DNA from: Chlorokybus atmophyticus
Lineage: Eukaryota > Plantae > Mesostigma and Chlorokybus algae
Length of the DNA stretch: 64,000 nt
Assembly: GCA_009103225.1 (NCBI GenBank)
Contig: RHPI01000773.1
Coordinates: 86,003 to 150,002 of the forward strand
Direction of reading: 5' to 3'
This document shows, one piece after another, positions 1 to 14,733 of the stretch (position 1 is its first letter; every line of letters starts with the position of its first letter). The position numbers were made by a program, and so were the translations under genes. The notes below the pieces were generated by a model. The model was not told the origin of the DNA. It saw only the letters and a list, made by a program, of their open reading frames with translations, and did not search any database.

Positions 1-567
1 GGGGGGGGGGGAGTGCACCCATCCAGTAGCAGGGCGGGTGCAATTGGACTTGACCAGCAGTACAGGGTTGGACGGCGCTGACTGGGGCCTGCGGCAGCTA
101 CCCAGGATGTATGCTTGGCTAGACGCAACCATTACCGCTGGAGTGATGGCATGACATCCGCATGCATACTCCGTCATGGTCCATGTCAATCCATATCAAA
201 GCATCTGCCTTGCACATTGGTGACACCCTCAAGCAAACTACATCAATGGACACAAAGCTGTTCTACTGTTTGTTTCTGCTGTTTACGATACATAAGACAC
301 AAGCCAGTCAACACATACGGCATGCAAGAGGAACAGCATTCCAAAACGGGATGCTTTACAAAACTTATCTACACACTAGTACCCCACTTCACAACTTCCA
401 GCGCGTGTGGTAACTCAGCACCCATCATAGCCGAGCCATAAGCTCAAGGCAATGTCTGATAGCGCTTATTGCTGTGCTATACTCTCCTACTATAAAACGC
501 CAAGCCCATATATACACTACTTGCAACTTGCACATTGGTTATTGCAAACAGAGTTGTGGTCCTGCGG

Positions 568-2949
568 CTACTTGCACAGCTTGCCAGCGACCCATGCGTT
601 GTTGCTAACATTGAGATCAGCGTCACCATAACACGTGTTGGCACTCCCACAACCAAAGAGCTTGCACACCTGCAGACAATGAGCAACTGTGAGACACAAG
701 TGCTTGCATGCGTGCGTGCGTGCGTGCGCGTCTATGGTGGTGGGGGAGGGGCGTGCATGCGTGCGTACATTGCTGTAGTGTCCGTCGCTGGTGTAGTACG
801 CCCAATGTGTGCATGCGAGGTTGCGCTTGCACTTGTGGCAGCATGTGTCGGCGTCGGGGACGCGGTTGATCCACTTGATGCGGGTCAGCGGGGGAGTCTT
901 CCACAAACCCGTCGACACCGGCTTCGAGCAGAAAGACTTGCACACACGCTCGCCGTTGAGACGCTTCTGCAAAAGGATTTGATACACTAAGTCAGCGAGA
1001 TGCACACACACACACACACACACATGCACTACAGCAATCACACTGACAGTGATGGCAACATACATGTTCAAAGAAGCCATGGTCACAGATGCATTGATAC
1101 CCGCCCGTCACAGGTTGGCATCGGCCGTGGGTGCCGCACGGGTTGGGTTTGCAGACTGCGTGCACACAAAGGTAGTCACAACATTGCAACCTTTGGCAAG
1201 TGACTCATGCAGTCTCACACGCATGCATGTGTCACACTACTCACCGTGACGAGTAGGTGGTGGGGGTGATGATGCTGGCGGTGGGGGTGGCGGCGGGGCT
1301 GATAGCACTGGTGCTGGTGGTGACAGTGCTGGCGGTGGGGGTGGGGGTTGTGTTGGCGGCGGTGGAGGCAGCGGCTGAGCGAGCAGAAGCACAAGAATGA
1401 GTCCATCACAGTTGCATTCAAAACTATAGACACAACCCACCACCAACCCACCTTACATACTCCGGCCCGACACGCGCCGTCCGGGCAGGGCGTCCCATCC
1501 GATTTCCCGAAACAGAACTCTGCTCAGATACATGATACAGAGTCTAAGTCGCGCACACCACACAGAGACGGATGCAACGACCAGAGCACCCACCCACCCA
1601 CCCACCCACGCACCTTGGACGATGACAGTAAACGAGCATGCTGTTTCAAGCACATTGGCCCCCGCTCCATTCTGGAACGTCTCTTGCACGGCAAGTACAC
1701 GCCCTTTGTCGCCGACCGCCGGTGTGAATGTGGCTGTTGTACGCAGCGGTGAAGCCACTCTTATCCCCGCTGTCGGTGTGATATCAAAGACACCATCCGG
1801 TGCAGGTGTGATGGAATAGAGTGGTGTGATTCTGGTAGTGTTGGCCGTGGCGGTGATGCCGAGGGTGAGGACATCCTCCACGGGGACGTTACACTGCACT
1901 CCCGTGGCTTCGCGTGTGCATTGAGGTGGGAGAGGTGTGTCAAAGCTGCACACGGGTGGCTGCGCAGATACACTCACAATCTCCACGATGAAGTCCAGCG
2001 CGTGCATGGCGGGGAGGTTGCCAACATGGTCCTCCTCCACTATCACCTGCACGGCGTAGAGCTGCCCCACCTGGGTGCTGTCTGTGGTCCAATCCAGCGT
2101 GCATGAGGGGGAGACTGTGAGTGTGTCTATTGCGCTCGGGTTGGAGGAGATGTAAGACTCGCTTGTTGCGGCACGTCGACACGTAAAGGAGTCCAGGTCT
2201 GGGTCAAGCACAGGCAACTGGATGGTGTTGTCCTCACTTGGACCAGCAACTTGGATGATGGGAGGGGAGGAGGAGACCACGCCACCAGTGTTGCCATGGT
2301 TCATGTCGATGACGGTTTGGACAAGGAAGGAGCTGTCCGGCGAGTTGGATAAAGTAGAGATGCGGCAACAATCGTTGATGTAGACTGAGTATGGGCCCGG
2401 CCCGCTGAAACTTTTTGTAATCTGTCACAAGAAGTGCAAGTCAGTCTCAGATTAGACTTGAGTCTATGTGTGTGCGTGTATGTGTGTTACCTGGGCCTGG
2501 CCGTCCACAATGTCTCGTGCGGTGTTTGTCCCCGTAACAGCGAGGTTCAAAGAGATAGCTGTGGCAGGAGAGGTGTCGCCAAAGTAGAGCGTTGTAGAGG
2601 TGAAGATGTCGCCATTGGATGGTGGCACCGTGAAGTAATAGCTCAACCTCCAGCTCTGGAGTGTAAGTGTAGCAATACTTGTAAGTGATGCACAGAGGCA
2701 GCATGCGCACGCATTATGTTGGTTGACACGTACCTGGGTGACGGTGATGATGACGTCGTAGGGGCCAGCGTTGGCGCTGGTGTCTTTGCGCCAGGACGTG
2801 AAGCTGTAGCGAAAATGGGTGGCTTGGGCTGTGCCGGCATGGCTGGCCAAAGCGACAAACGCTACAAGCCAACACCATGGCGGTGTTGTTGCTGAAGCTC
2901 TGTCTGACTTCGTCATGCTCATTGCTGCATACACAGAGCGACTTAGCAT
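568..2949 (-). CDS. Multi-exon secreted modular protein: signal peptide, Sib/integrin-beta-like N-terminal region, short Cys motif, Pro-rich linker, EGF-like domain, PAN/Apple-like C-terminal domain
   Basis: Hydrophobic signal WLVAFVALASHAGTAQA is followed by THFRYSFTSWR. The large exon reads INDCCRISTLSNSPDS...PVLDPDLDSFTCR...LYAVQVIVEE, then come EFCFGKSDGTPCPDGACRAG, poly-Pro, CKPNPCGTHGRCQPVTGGYQCICDHGFF and CCHKCKRNLACTHWAYY...CKLFG, with the stop at 568. The splice phases I checked (large exon through the EGF/PAN junction) are consistent GT-AG. The start could instead be 2922 or 2916. Confidence 0.7.
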
Positions 2950-4005
2950 GGCACGCACAGAAGAGAGACCGGTAAGGCACCTTGGGAGCAGGTGGCTGGG
3001 TGACAGCTGTTGCATTCATGCACAGCGTACAAGCATGCGCACGCCTATGCAAGTCGCCACATGCATGCAATGGACGTGTGCCAAAGACCACCAGCTTACC
3101 TTGATCAAGGCGGGCCAGGCGGCTGAGCTGCTGGCGCTGGCCTGCAGGGGCGAGAGAGGAGATGAATCTGAGAAGACTGTTCCTGCAGTGTTTTTATACC
3201 CGCGTGGCTGAGCAAGCTTTCACCCGTCGCAGAAAAACACTTAGTCAGCCCATGGTACGCAACGATACGATATGCAGGACGCTCCCTTTGCCACCCAATA
3301 GCGTCCGTCCTCCTTCTGTGGAGCTGCTTTTTGAACGATTGTCCAATAAGTTTATACGTCTTTTGAGAACCCGTCGCAAACGCACTGCAAGCTTGATGCC
3401 GTTACTACGAAACCGCCGCGTTGCTGTACAAAAAGCCAATGAGACTTCATCGGCAGTTTGCCAGGGGAGTGTGATCGAATGTTGCCGGCGCACATGCACG
3501 TAATACGACTGGTATGTGCTTGTTCCCCCGAAAACACTCCCTTACATGTATACATGACACGGGTGCCAACCAGCGGCTGTGGTGGGTAGTGTCCAGCGCT
3601 ACCCTATCAAAACACAATAATACGGTTGGCTGTACACGAGCAATAACCCAAGCGCTACACTGTGCTGTCTATCGTGCACACGCAAAGAAAGGCCTGCATG
3701 CACTGCAGCTAGAGCCTTGATAGCAATCGCTTGCGCGGTTTAAAACGTGACTAATATGCGCTAGCGGAAGGCAGTCTCACCATGATGGATACCGCGTCTT
3801 CAACTCACGAGCATCTAACGCTCGGCGAGCGCACGGGTGGCCAACAAGTCCATCAATAGGCAAATCATTCAACCTTGCGATTCAATCGCCAACGAGATCA
3901 ACGTGTCCGTCACATTTAACTTCTAGATGCGTGTTTCAAGCACGAGAAATGCATTATTTAAGCATTTAACTTTTGATTATATTAACTCCACAATTTTTCA
4001 TAATA

Positions 4006-4651
4006 TTAAGGATAATAGAGAAATGTTGCCAACGCGCTGAGATCGTATGCCAAACGGGGTTCCTCTTTGCTGGAATATGTTGAGTCATTAACACACCGCA
4101 GCGTAACGTCTGCTGAAATATAGCAGACGTTGCGCGTCGCCATGTTTAATCGTGACGTGTTTGAACACGGCATACGCAAAACGCGACAAACTTCGTGCAG
4201 GCTAATTTGCCGCGCGCGAGTTGCATGTGGTAGAGAATGGTCCAAGTAGTTGAAGCGCTTCTTGCGCTCCGCACTATGTGCAGCCGATCCCGCTAGACAA
4301 TGGCTGCCGCTGATGGTGACGTCGAGCAGCATGACTAAGTCTCAACCCCGCTTTGAAGCAACGTTGTTCATATAACGTCCCTGACGCTCACCCTTTTGGA
4401 TAGGACAAGAAGCACCTCTGTCTGGTCGCGATAACGGTGTAGGTTTCCTCCCGAGTGATGTCAGCAACAGCGGTGCGCATCGTGGCACAGCATCGTGTGT
4501 CACAATGCGATGGCCGTGGCGCATACACAGTGTCATATGCTCGGCTCGGGCAATAGCGCGCTGATAACCACATGAACAAAGCTGCACGCGTGTCAGGAGT
4601 GGGCCCCGCTCTTGGCACTGCGTGACTTGGTTGGCCACATGGTGTAGTCAA
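4006..4651 (-). mobile_element. Possible decayed restriction-like endonuclease (RLE) fragment of a non-LTR retrotransposon
   Basis: The minus strand reads KRG*DLVMLLDVTISGSHCLAGSAAHSAERKKRFNY, resembling the RLE pattern R-x-D...DVT...AA..AE.(R/K)K..KY. It has stops and frame breaks, and I see no RT domain. Confidence 0.35.
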
Positions 4652-4872
4652 TCAAGCAAATAACGCATAGCTGTGCGGAACTCAAAGTCCGAAAAGCGGT
4701 GATCCGGGCGCGCAAGGATGGCCGTCAACCAAGCACTTGCGCCTCCTCCCGAAGCCGACCATCAGCTTGTAATTGCAAGCGAGCAGTGTCCGCGACGAAA
4801 AAAAATCGATGCCAATTCTGTCTATAGCTACGCGCGAGCTGTGGTGTTAATGGCTGCGGTTAGGTCACCTCT

Positions 4873-4893
4873 GTAGCAAGACGGTCTTGCTAC
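4873..4893. repeat. Perfect inverted repeat, 10-bp arms with 1-nt centre
   Basis: gtagcaagac-g-gtcttgctac. Confidence 0.9.
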
Positions 4894-5109
4894 GAACGTA
4901 GGCTCTGTGACGTTGTGAAAGCACGCAACGACGCTGGTGCGAAGTGGCTCTATCCCCGTTACACACGGACGCACTCTAAGTTTTAAGCCCTAATAGCCCT
5001 CTACTGTAGCTGCTAACGGTAGGCGTGGGATCTTTTGGGGCTTGATAGGCTTATGAGATCGCAGCAGGTCGCTGCAAGTAGCGTCTACAGTACGTAGTAG
5101 GCCAAGGCC

Positions 5110-5133
5110 TAGGCTACTAGGCCTAGTAGCCTA
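5110..5133. repeat. Perfect 24-bp palindrome
   Basis: taggctactaggcctagtagccta equals its own reverse complement. Confidence 0.9.
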
Positions 5134-5733
5134 CACCAGACTCGCGTTGCCCAAAGCCAGACTTACTTACTAAGCCTAGGCCTGCTGGTGCGCCGGTCGG
5201 ACTGGCCGGTGGCCGCTGTACACTGAGTTGCAGTGACGGTTTAGGCGGTGATTATGACTTATACCGATTGCTTTTGCCGCCTATGATAGGCGCCTGTCCT
5301 GCCAGCTCACGTCATATGCATACAACGTGCCATTGCAGGTTTTGTCTTGAGGTCATGCATCCAGCTCAAGCCAGTTCAGAAGCGATGAGGTCTGGTCTGC
5401 GCAGCTCCTACACTCACTTGTGTGTAGGATCACATCAATCAGTCATACCAAGCAGAGCAAAGCAGACCAGAGCAGAACCAGCCAGAGCATTGCTGCATGT
5501 GTGGAACTTGACATTGTAGGTGACATATTTTCCATGCAACTTGCTCGGGACAATTTATGGTGCATGTGGTATACATAGAGTTACATAGGACAGGTCTACT
5601 AGCTGCCTGCCACCCAAAGAAAGTCTCACAGAAGTCTGCAGCGTAGTCCGCTGCAGATCGCACTATGCATATATATGTACACAACCAACCAGAACACATC
5701 CTCATTATCACGCTCCTCCAACCACCACACATC

Positions 5734-8464
5734 TTATCTCTGAGTCGACACGCGCACACCATCCTGCCACTCTTCTTTCACAACCTCTCCAGATGCTCGC
5801 GTGAGCACGCCAGCTCCATGCCTCAATCCTTTGCTGAACCCACCCTTGTATCTGTCCCCGGAGGCATACACAACAGTGCCAACGCCTTCCGGGACATCAT
5901 TTTCCCACCCGCCCGTAACGCTCACCCGAGGCCACATGGGCGTAGTGACCGAGGCCGTGGCGGCGGCCGTCGAGCCACACGCCGTTGTACACGCTACCGT
6001 CGGCATAGCGGAACTCGCCACAGCCCCAGGGACGACCACGCCGCCACTCGCCATCGTACTCGCTGCCGTCCGGCCACGCCATCTTTACCCTGCCGTACCT
6101 GCCAGTAACATGTTGTGTCACAAGCGCATGCTACATGACTCGAGACTTCAGTACACACAAGCGCACATGCACACACGCATGCAAATACGCACTTGCATAC
6201 ATCACATGCAGCCGCACACATACACACACTCACAGTCATACACATCTACATGTGCACACGTGTACTCGCCTTGAGGCTCCGCGATCGCGCATGAGCAGTT
6301 CCGAGGTCCGCACTCGCAAAGGCAGCTCGCATCTGTCCTCTTCTGTTGCTGGCAGCCACCCCACACCATCATCCACTTCTTCTTCTCCCTCTCCTCTCAA
6401 ACCCACAACTTCAGCCACTGACTTCAGCCAAGCGTTGTTGGATGACAAAGCGAGCACGCCCTCCTCTTCTCCACTCGTAGAAGGCTGCCCCGCCCCAACA
6501 TCATCATCGACAACATCCCCAAGCACACCACCCGTGTATTCATCACGCCACTCATTGACATCAGCTTCCACCACTTCTTGTTGTTGTGTCAACCCAACAT
6601 CCCCGAGCCTCATAGCAATGATAGTAGCATCAATAGTGGCGTCAATGCCACTATTATCGCCGCTATCAGCTCTCTCGTGGAAGGCGAGTATCCGGCACGA
6701 GGTGGACACGTACTCCTTCAACGCGTCCACAACAACTTCACTTGTGATTGATTGAGTGTTGTTGTCGGTCACCACGCAGAGGGCGGCGTGGGCGGAGGGG
6801 AGGGCGTCCCACACAAAGGGGCTGGCGGCAGCCGAGCGCACGCACGCCGCCACATCAACGTCGTGAGTGTCATTGTTGTTGGTGTGGGTGTGGGTGTGGG
6901 TGTGGGTGTGGGTCCCGGCGTGGCCGACGTGGGCGGACACGCAGCGTGAGAGGAGGTCCCGCGCCTCATCGTTGGCGTGTGTGCTCCTCGTCAACACGTG
7001 GTCTAACGCCCTCGCGGCCCAACATGCCACCTTGTCCGCCGCTGCCATCGCCTGAGAGCCAGGTAGGTGAGAAGAGCTGATCGTGGTACCACGCTAGCAG
7101 CAATGCGTATGATGATCAACAACCGGTTGGGTTGGAACCAACTTGGGTCCTGCCGATAGCATGACGCTAACGGAGCTGTCAACATGCCATGTGTGCGCAT
7201 GCGTGCACGCACACCCTCACACGCACGCATGCGCACCCACACACGCTGATGCCCACGCACACTGATACCCGGAGATACTAGCGCGCGCGCACGTGCACAG
7301 ATACTCACACGCATGCGTGCGTTGGTGCATGCACGTGCGTGTTGGCTTGGTAGGTTCCAGCATTGTACTCACTTGCGGTAGCGTGATGTCTCGTTGCGCG
7401 ATGAGCGCATCCTGTCTCACCGTCACCACCGCGGCCCTCGCCCCCCTCACCGCCCTCGCGACCTCGCGCGCCGCCGCGGCCCGCTTGCCGCCCTCGAACC
7501 GGAACGGCTCCGCCAGCACCGCCGCCGATGGGGAAGGCGAGGAGGAGAGGCATAGGAGGAGAGAGGCGGACTCGGCGGGGTCGAGGTCGGCGGAGGCAGC
7601 CACAACGACGACGGAGGGGGAGGCGGGGTGAGGCAATGGGCGATGATCCTCTGCATGGAGGGACTGTTACGTATATACGATGAAGTGTTCGTGCGTGTGT
7701 GCACGGCCGTATGCATTGTGCGTGCGGGGGTGCGCGTGTATGCTAGCCTTCGTGTCTGTATGTGTGCACGCGCGCGCATGCATATGCCTGCGCATGCAAA
7801 TGCGTGTGTGTACGTGTGCGCCATTAGCGTGTATGCGCACGTGGGTGTGTGCCTACATGCGCATGCTCCACCTGCCTGTGCGTGCATGCGACTCTGCTGT
7901 TTGTAACTGTTGTCCCCGTCACAAATTGTATGAAGCGTTGTTCTGTACAACCCGTACCATGCAAGCTCCAATGCTGCCTCGTGCAAGCCAGATGTACCTT
8001 GCCAATCAATTCACTCAATCTCTGCGTTAGGACACACAAATACAACTGGCAAGAGTATCACAGTCTACTGCATTGTGTTTGCATTGTTTGCTTGTTTGCA
8101 ATGCGGGCTGTTAGGTTTTGTTAACAACACTGACAACACCAGGGGACAAGGTGGTGAATGAACGTGTGAGTGACTTGTTCCCTCATTGGCGCCTCTTACC
8201 TTTGGTACGCAGGGCGCTCAGGTGCGCAGCGATGGCGACGCCCCGCTTACCCACGCCTACAACGCCCCTACCACCACCACCGCCGCCGCCGCCGCCGCCA
8301 GGAGGAGGGAACGTCACAGGCTGCGGCTGAGGAGCGGCAGCAGGCGCAGCCGAGGGCGGCGGCGGCAGCGGTGGCGTTGGTACAGGTGGCGCCCCTGTCA
8401 CAGAAGGCGCAGGAGACCGCCTCCCTGCCTTCCTCCACGCCCCCGCTGCCGCCGTCGCCGCCAT
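5734..8464 (-). CDS. ARC3: Plastid division protein ARC3-like (FtsZ-like N-terminal region + C-terminal MORN repeats); apparent frameshift at ~5914
   Basis: FtsZ-like motifs VVGVGKRG and AEPFRFEGGKRAAAAREVARAVRGARAAVVTVRQDAL (cf. FtsZ PFxFEGxxR). MORN repeats WPDGSEYDGEWRRGRPWGCGEFRYADGSVYNGVWLDGRRHGLG and GWENDVPEGVGTVVYASGDRYKGGF. The N-terminus is Ala/Arg/Pro-rich and transit-like. FtsZ-like + MORN is the established ARC3 architecture. Confidence 0.8.
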
Positions 8465-8600
8465 TACCGCCAATGCCGGCGACAACGACGATGAGGACAA
8501 ACTTAGCCGTTGCCACGAACGCACGTGGTGTTGCATAACGTTTAGTATTCATTTAAAGACCGCAACTACGTTAGTTATGGTATGTGTTCCCAACGTCAGG
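8465..8600. promoter_or_regulatory. Probable bidirectional promoter between ARC3 and the CRM-HopJ gene
   Basis: Only 136 bp lie between the divergent predicted ATGs (8464 and 8601). Confidence 0.5.
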
Positions 8601-9953
8601 ATGGCGGCGGCGGCGGCGAGGTGCGTGGCGGCCTCGGCGGTGTCGGCGGCGGGCAGTAAGGGTGGAGCTCGAGCACATGATTCCCCTCCCTCTGTACCTC
8701 TGCAGAGGATACAGCCACCGCAGAAGGACGGGAATGCGGCTGAGGCGGCGAAGGAGAAGGAGCTGAGGGCGGAGGGGCTGAAGCGGACAGCCTACGTCAA
8801 TGTAGGTGAGTGATCGTATTTTGCGTTGTGTTTTGGTTTAGCTGAGTCTGCATACCAGACGAAACTTAGTGCAAAACTCAGCAACAGAAACCTCTGCTTG
8901 TTTAAGCTAGCTGTCAACTGTGTCCAGCCAACGCGTGCTCGGTGTCTCGCTTTTGTATGTTGGCTGCACGCAATGTGTCTCTGCTTTTTGTTTCGGCGTG
9001 TCTTTGCGCTGCTTTGATCGGTTGCGTGTGTCATCGAAGCGACTTTGCTACGCTTCGCACCTAAGCATGCGGTTGTGCACACGCTTTGGCATGAATACAC
9101 ATTGAGCACGCGCAACAGTCACCCGCTACAATAATGAGCATTTTGCCCGTGCGTAGTTGCATGCGCGCGTAAGTGCATGGCTGCGCGTGCGCGCGCGCGC
9201 GTGCGTGCATGTGCACACATACGTGTGGCTGTATGCGCATGCACACATGTGTGTGCGTGTTCCCGCGCGTGTATGTTCATATACGTTGCTCTCGGAAGCG
9301 ACTCGCGCTGATTGTGTTGGTTGCGATCAGGTCGGCGGGGTGTAACGCCCGAGGTCATTGCTGCTGTTCGCGAGCACTGGCGCAACACCCGCGTTGCCAA
9401 GCTTCGTTGCAACGCCACCTCCGCCACCACCGACATGAAGCGCGTGGCTTTGGAGCTAGAGGAGAGGAGCGGGGGTCGCGTGGTTCACCGCGCGGGGGGA
9501 ACCGTCCTCCTCTACCGCGGGGACACGTACGAGCCGGGCCCGGCACCGAGCACATTCGACCACATACCCACGCAAGCGCTGCGCGAGGTCCTCACCCACA
9601 CCGACCGCGGGGACGCACTTGTTTTTGCACATGTCATTGCTGCCATAGAAGAGGCGTATGACTTCCACCCCGTCGCTTTTGCTGTTGGCGTGGGCGAGGA
9701 GAGCGAGCGTGTCCACAACGAGCCCGGGAGCAATGTTGGGTCCTGCAAGGTGTTGTATCTCGGGAAACTGTTGGGTCTCAGCAAGCGTAAGACCACACGT
9801 CTGTATGGGGAGCACCTGCGCCATGTTCTCGACACGCCCAACGGTGACGACCACCCCAACTTGAGGGCCTTCTTGCGACACGGATGGGACGCCGTCGAGT
9901 TTGGTGGCGTGGCTCTCACGCCAAAGGTCCAACAACAGAACCAGGAGGTGTAG
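8601..9953 (+). CDS. Two-exon gene: Ala-rich transit-like peptide + single CRM (CRS1/YhbY) RNA-binding domain + HopJ-family domain
   Basis: Exons 8601-8805 and 9331-9953 with a phase-1 GT-AG intron. CRM: YVNVGRRGVTPEVIAAVREHWRNTRVAKLR...MKRVALELEERSGGRVVHRAGGTVLLYRG. HopJ-like: FAHVIAAIEEAYDFHPVAF...NEPGSNVGSCKVLYLGKLLGLS...LDTPNGDDHPNLRAFLRHGWDAVEF. Confidence 0.85.
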
Positions 9954-10738
9954 TGAGTGGAGGCTTGGGTGCAGTTTGTGGTAGGCAGACTTGAGCGGTG
10001 AGGAGAATAGCTTTGGTTAGAGAGCATCAGGCTGGCAACTGCTTGTTGCCAAGTTCGAGGGAAAATGTAGCACGAGGGGTTCATCCATCCACGCTGTTGG
10101 ATTTTGCTTTGTGCGACAGCGAAGTACAGTGGTTGTTTAAGAACAGCGGGACATGGAAGCTTCTACGCGTCATGTAAGTTGATCACACATGCGAGGCTGA
10201 ATGTAACATTGATCGCATGCTGCCTATGTGATGTCTCCTCGTATCCCAGGCGTTGCACCCTATGCTGGCCTGAGTAAAGCGATTATAGTGTCAACTTTCT
10301 GACCCTCGCATTATGTTGTATTGCGGCAGTGAGGTGGTATTCAATGTCTATGCAATGTTGCCCAACATGTTGCAACTGCTGCGCTACCGACCAACTGTGC
10401 TACAGTTTGCGCATCCAAATGTCTGCTAAACAGGTTCGCCTGCATTGGGGGCCTGTAATAACAGCCATTTGCAACATGCCTAAGCAATGCCACCTCCTAA
10501 GTTCATTCACCATGCGACATCGCTTTCACACCCTCACACTTCGCCAAATGGCAACAATGGCCACCACCATTGAAGTGCAATGATCTGTTCTTTCTGTCAC
10601 CCAACCTCCTAACTGGTATAAAACCAAGCGCATTATTGTGGCGTCCTACAATCTATACGGTTGAATGGGAATATCATTACGTTATCAATGTGCGGGTTGG
10701 TGAGGGGGCGGACAAGGGAGACGGCGGCTTTGTTGGCC

Positions 10739-14733
<3,995 letters not shown>

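Noticed and set aside
1-230. Possible minus-strand exons (ADALIWIDMDHDG; QAYILGSCRRPQSAPSNPVLLVKSNC)
   Set aside because: Truncated by the window edge and no family recognised
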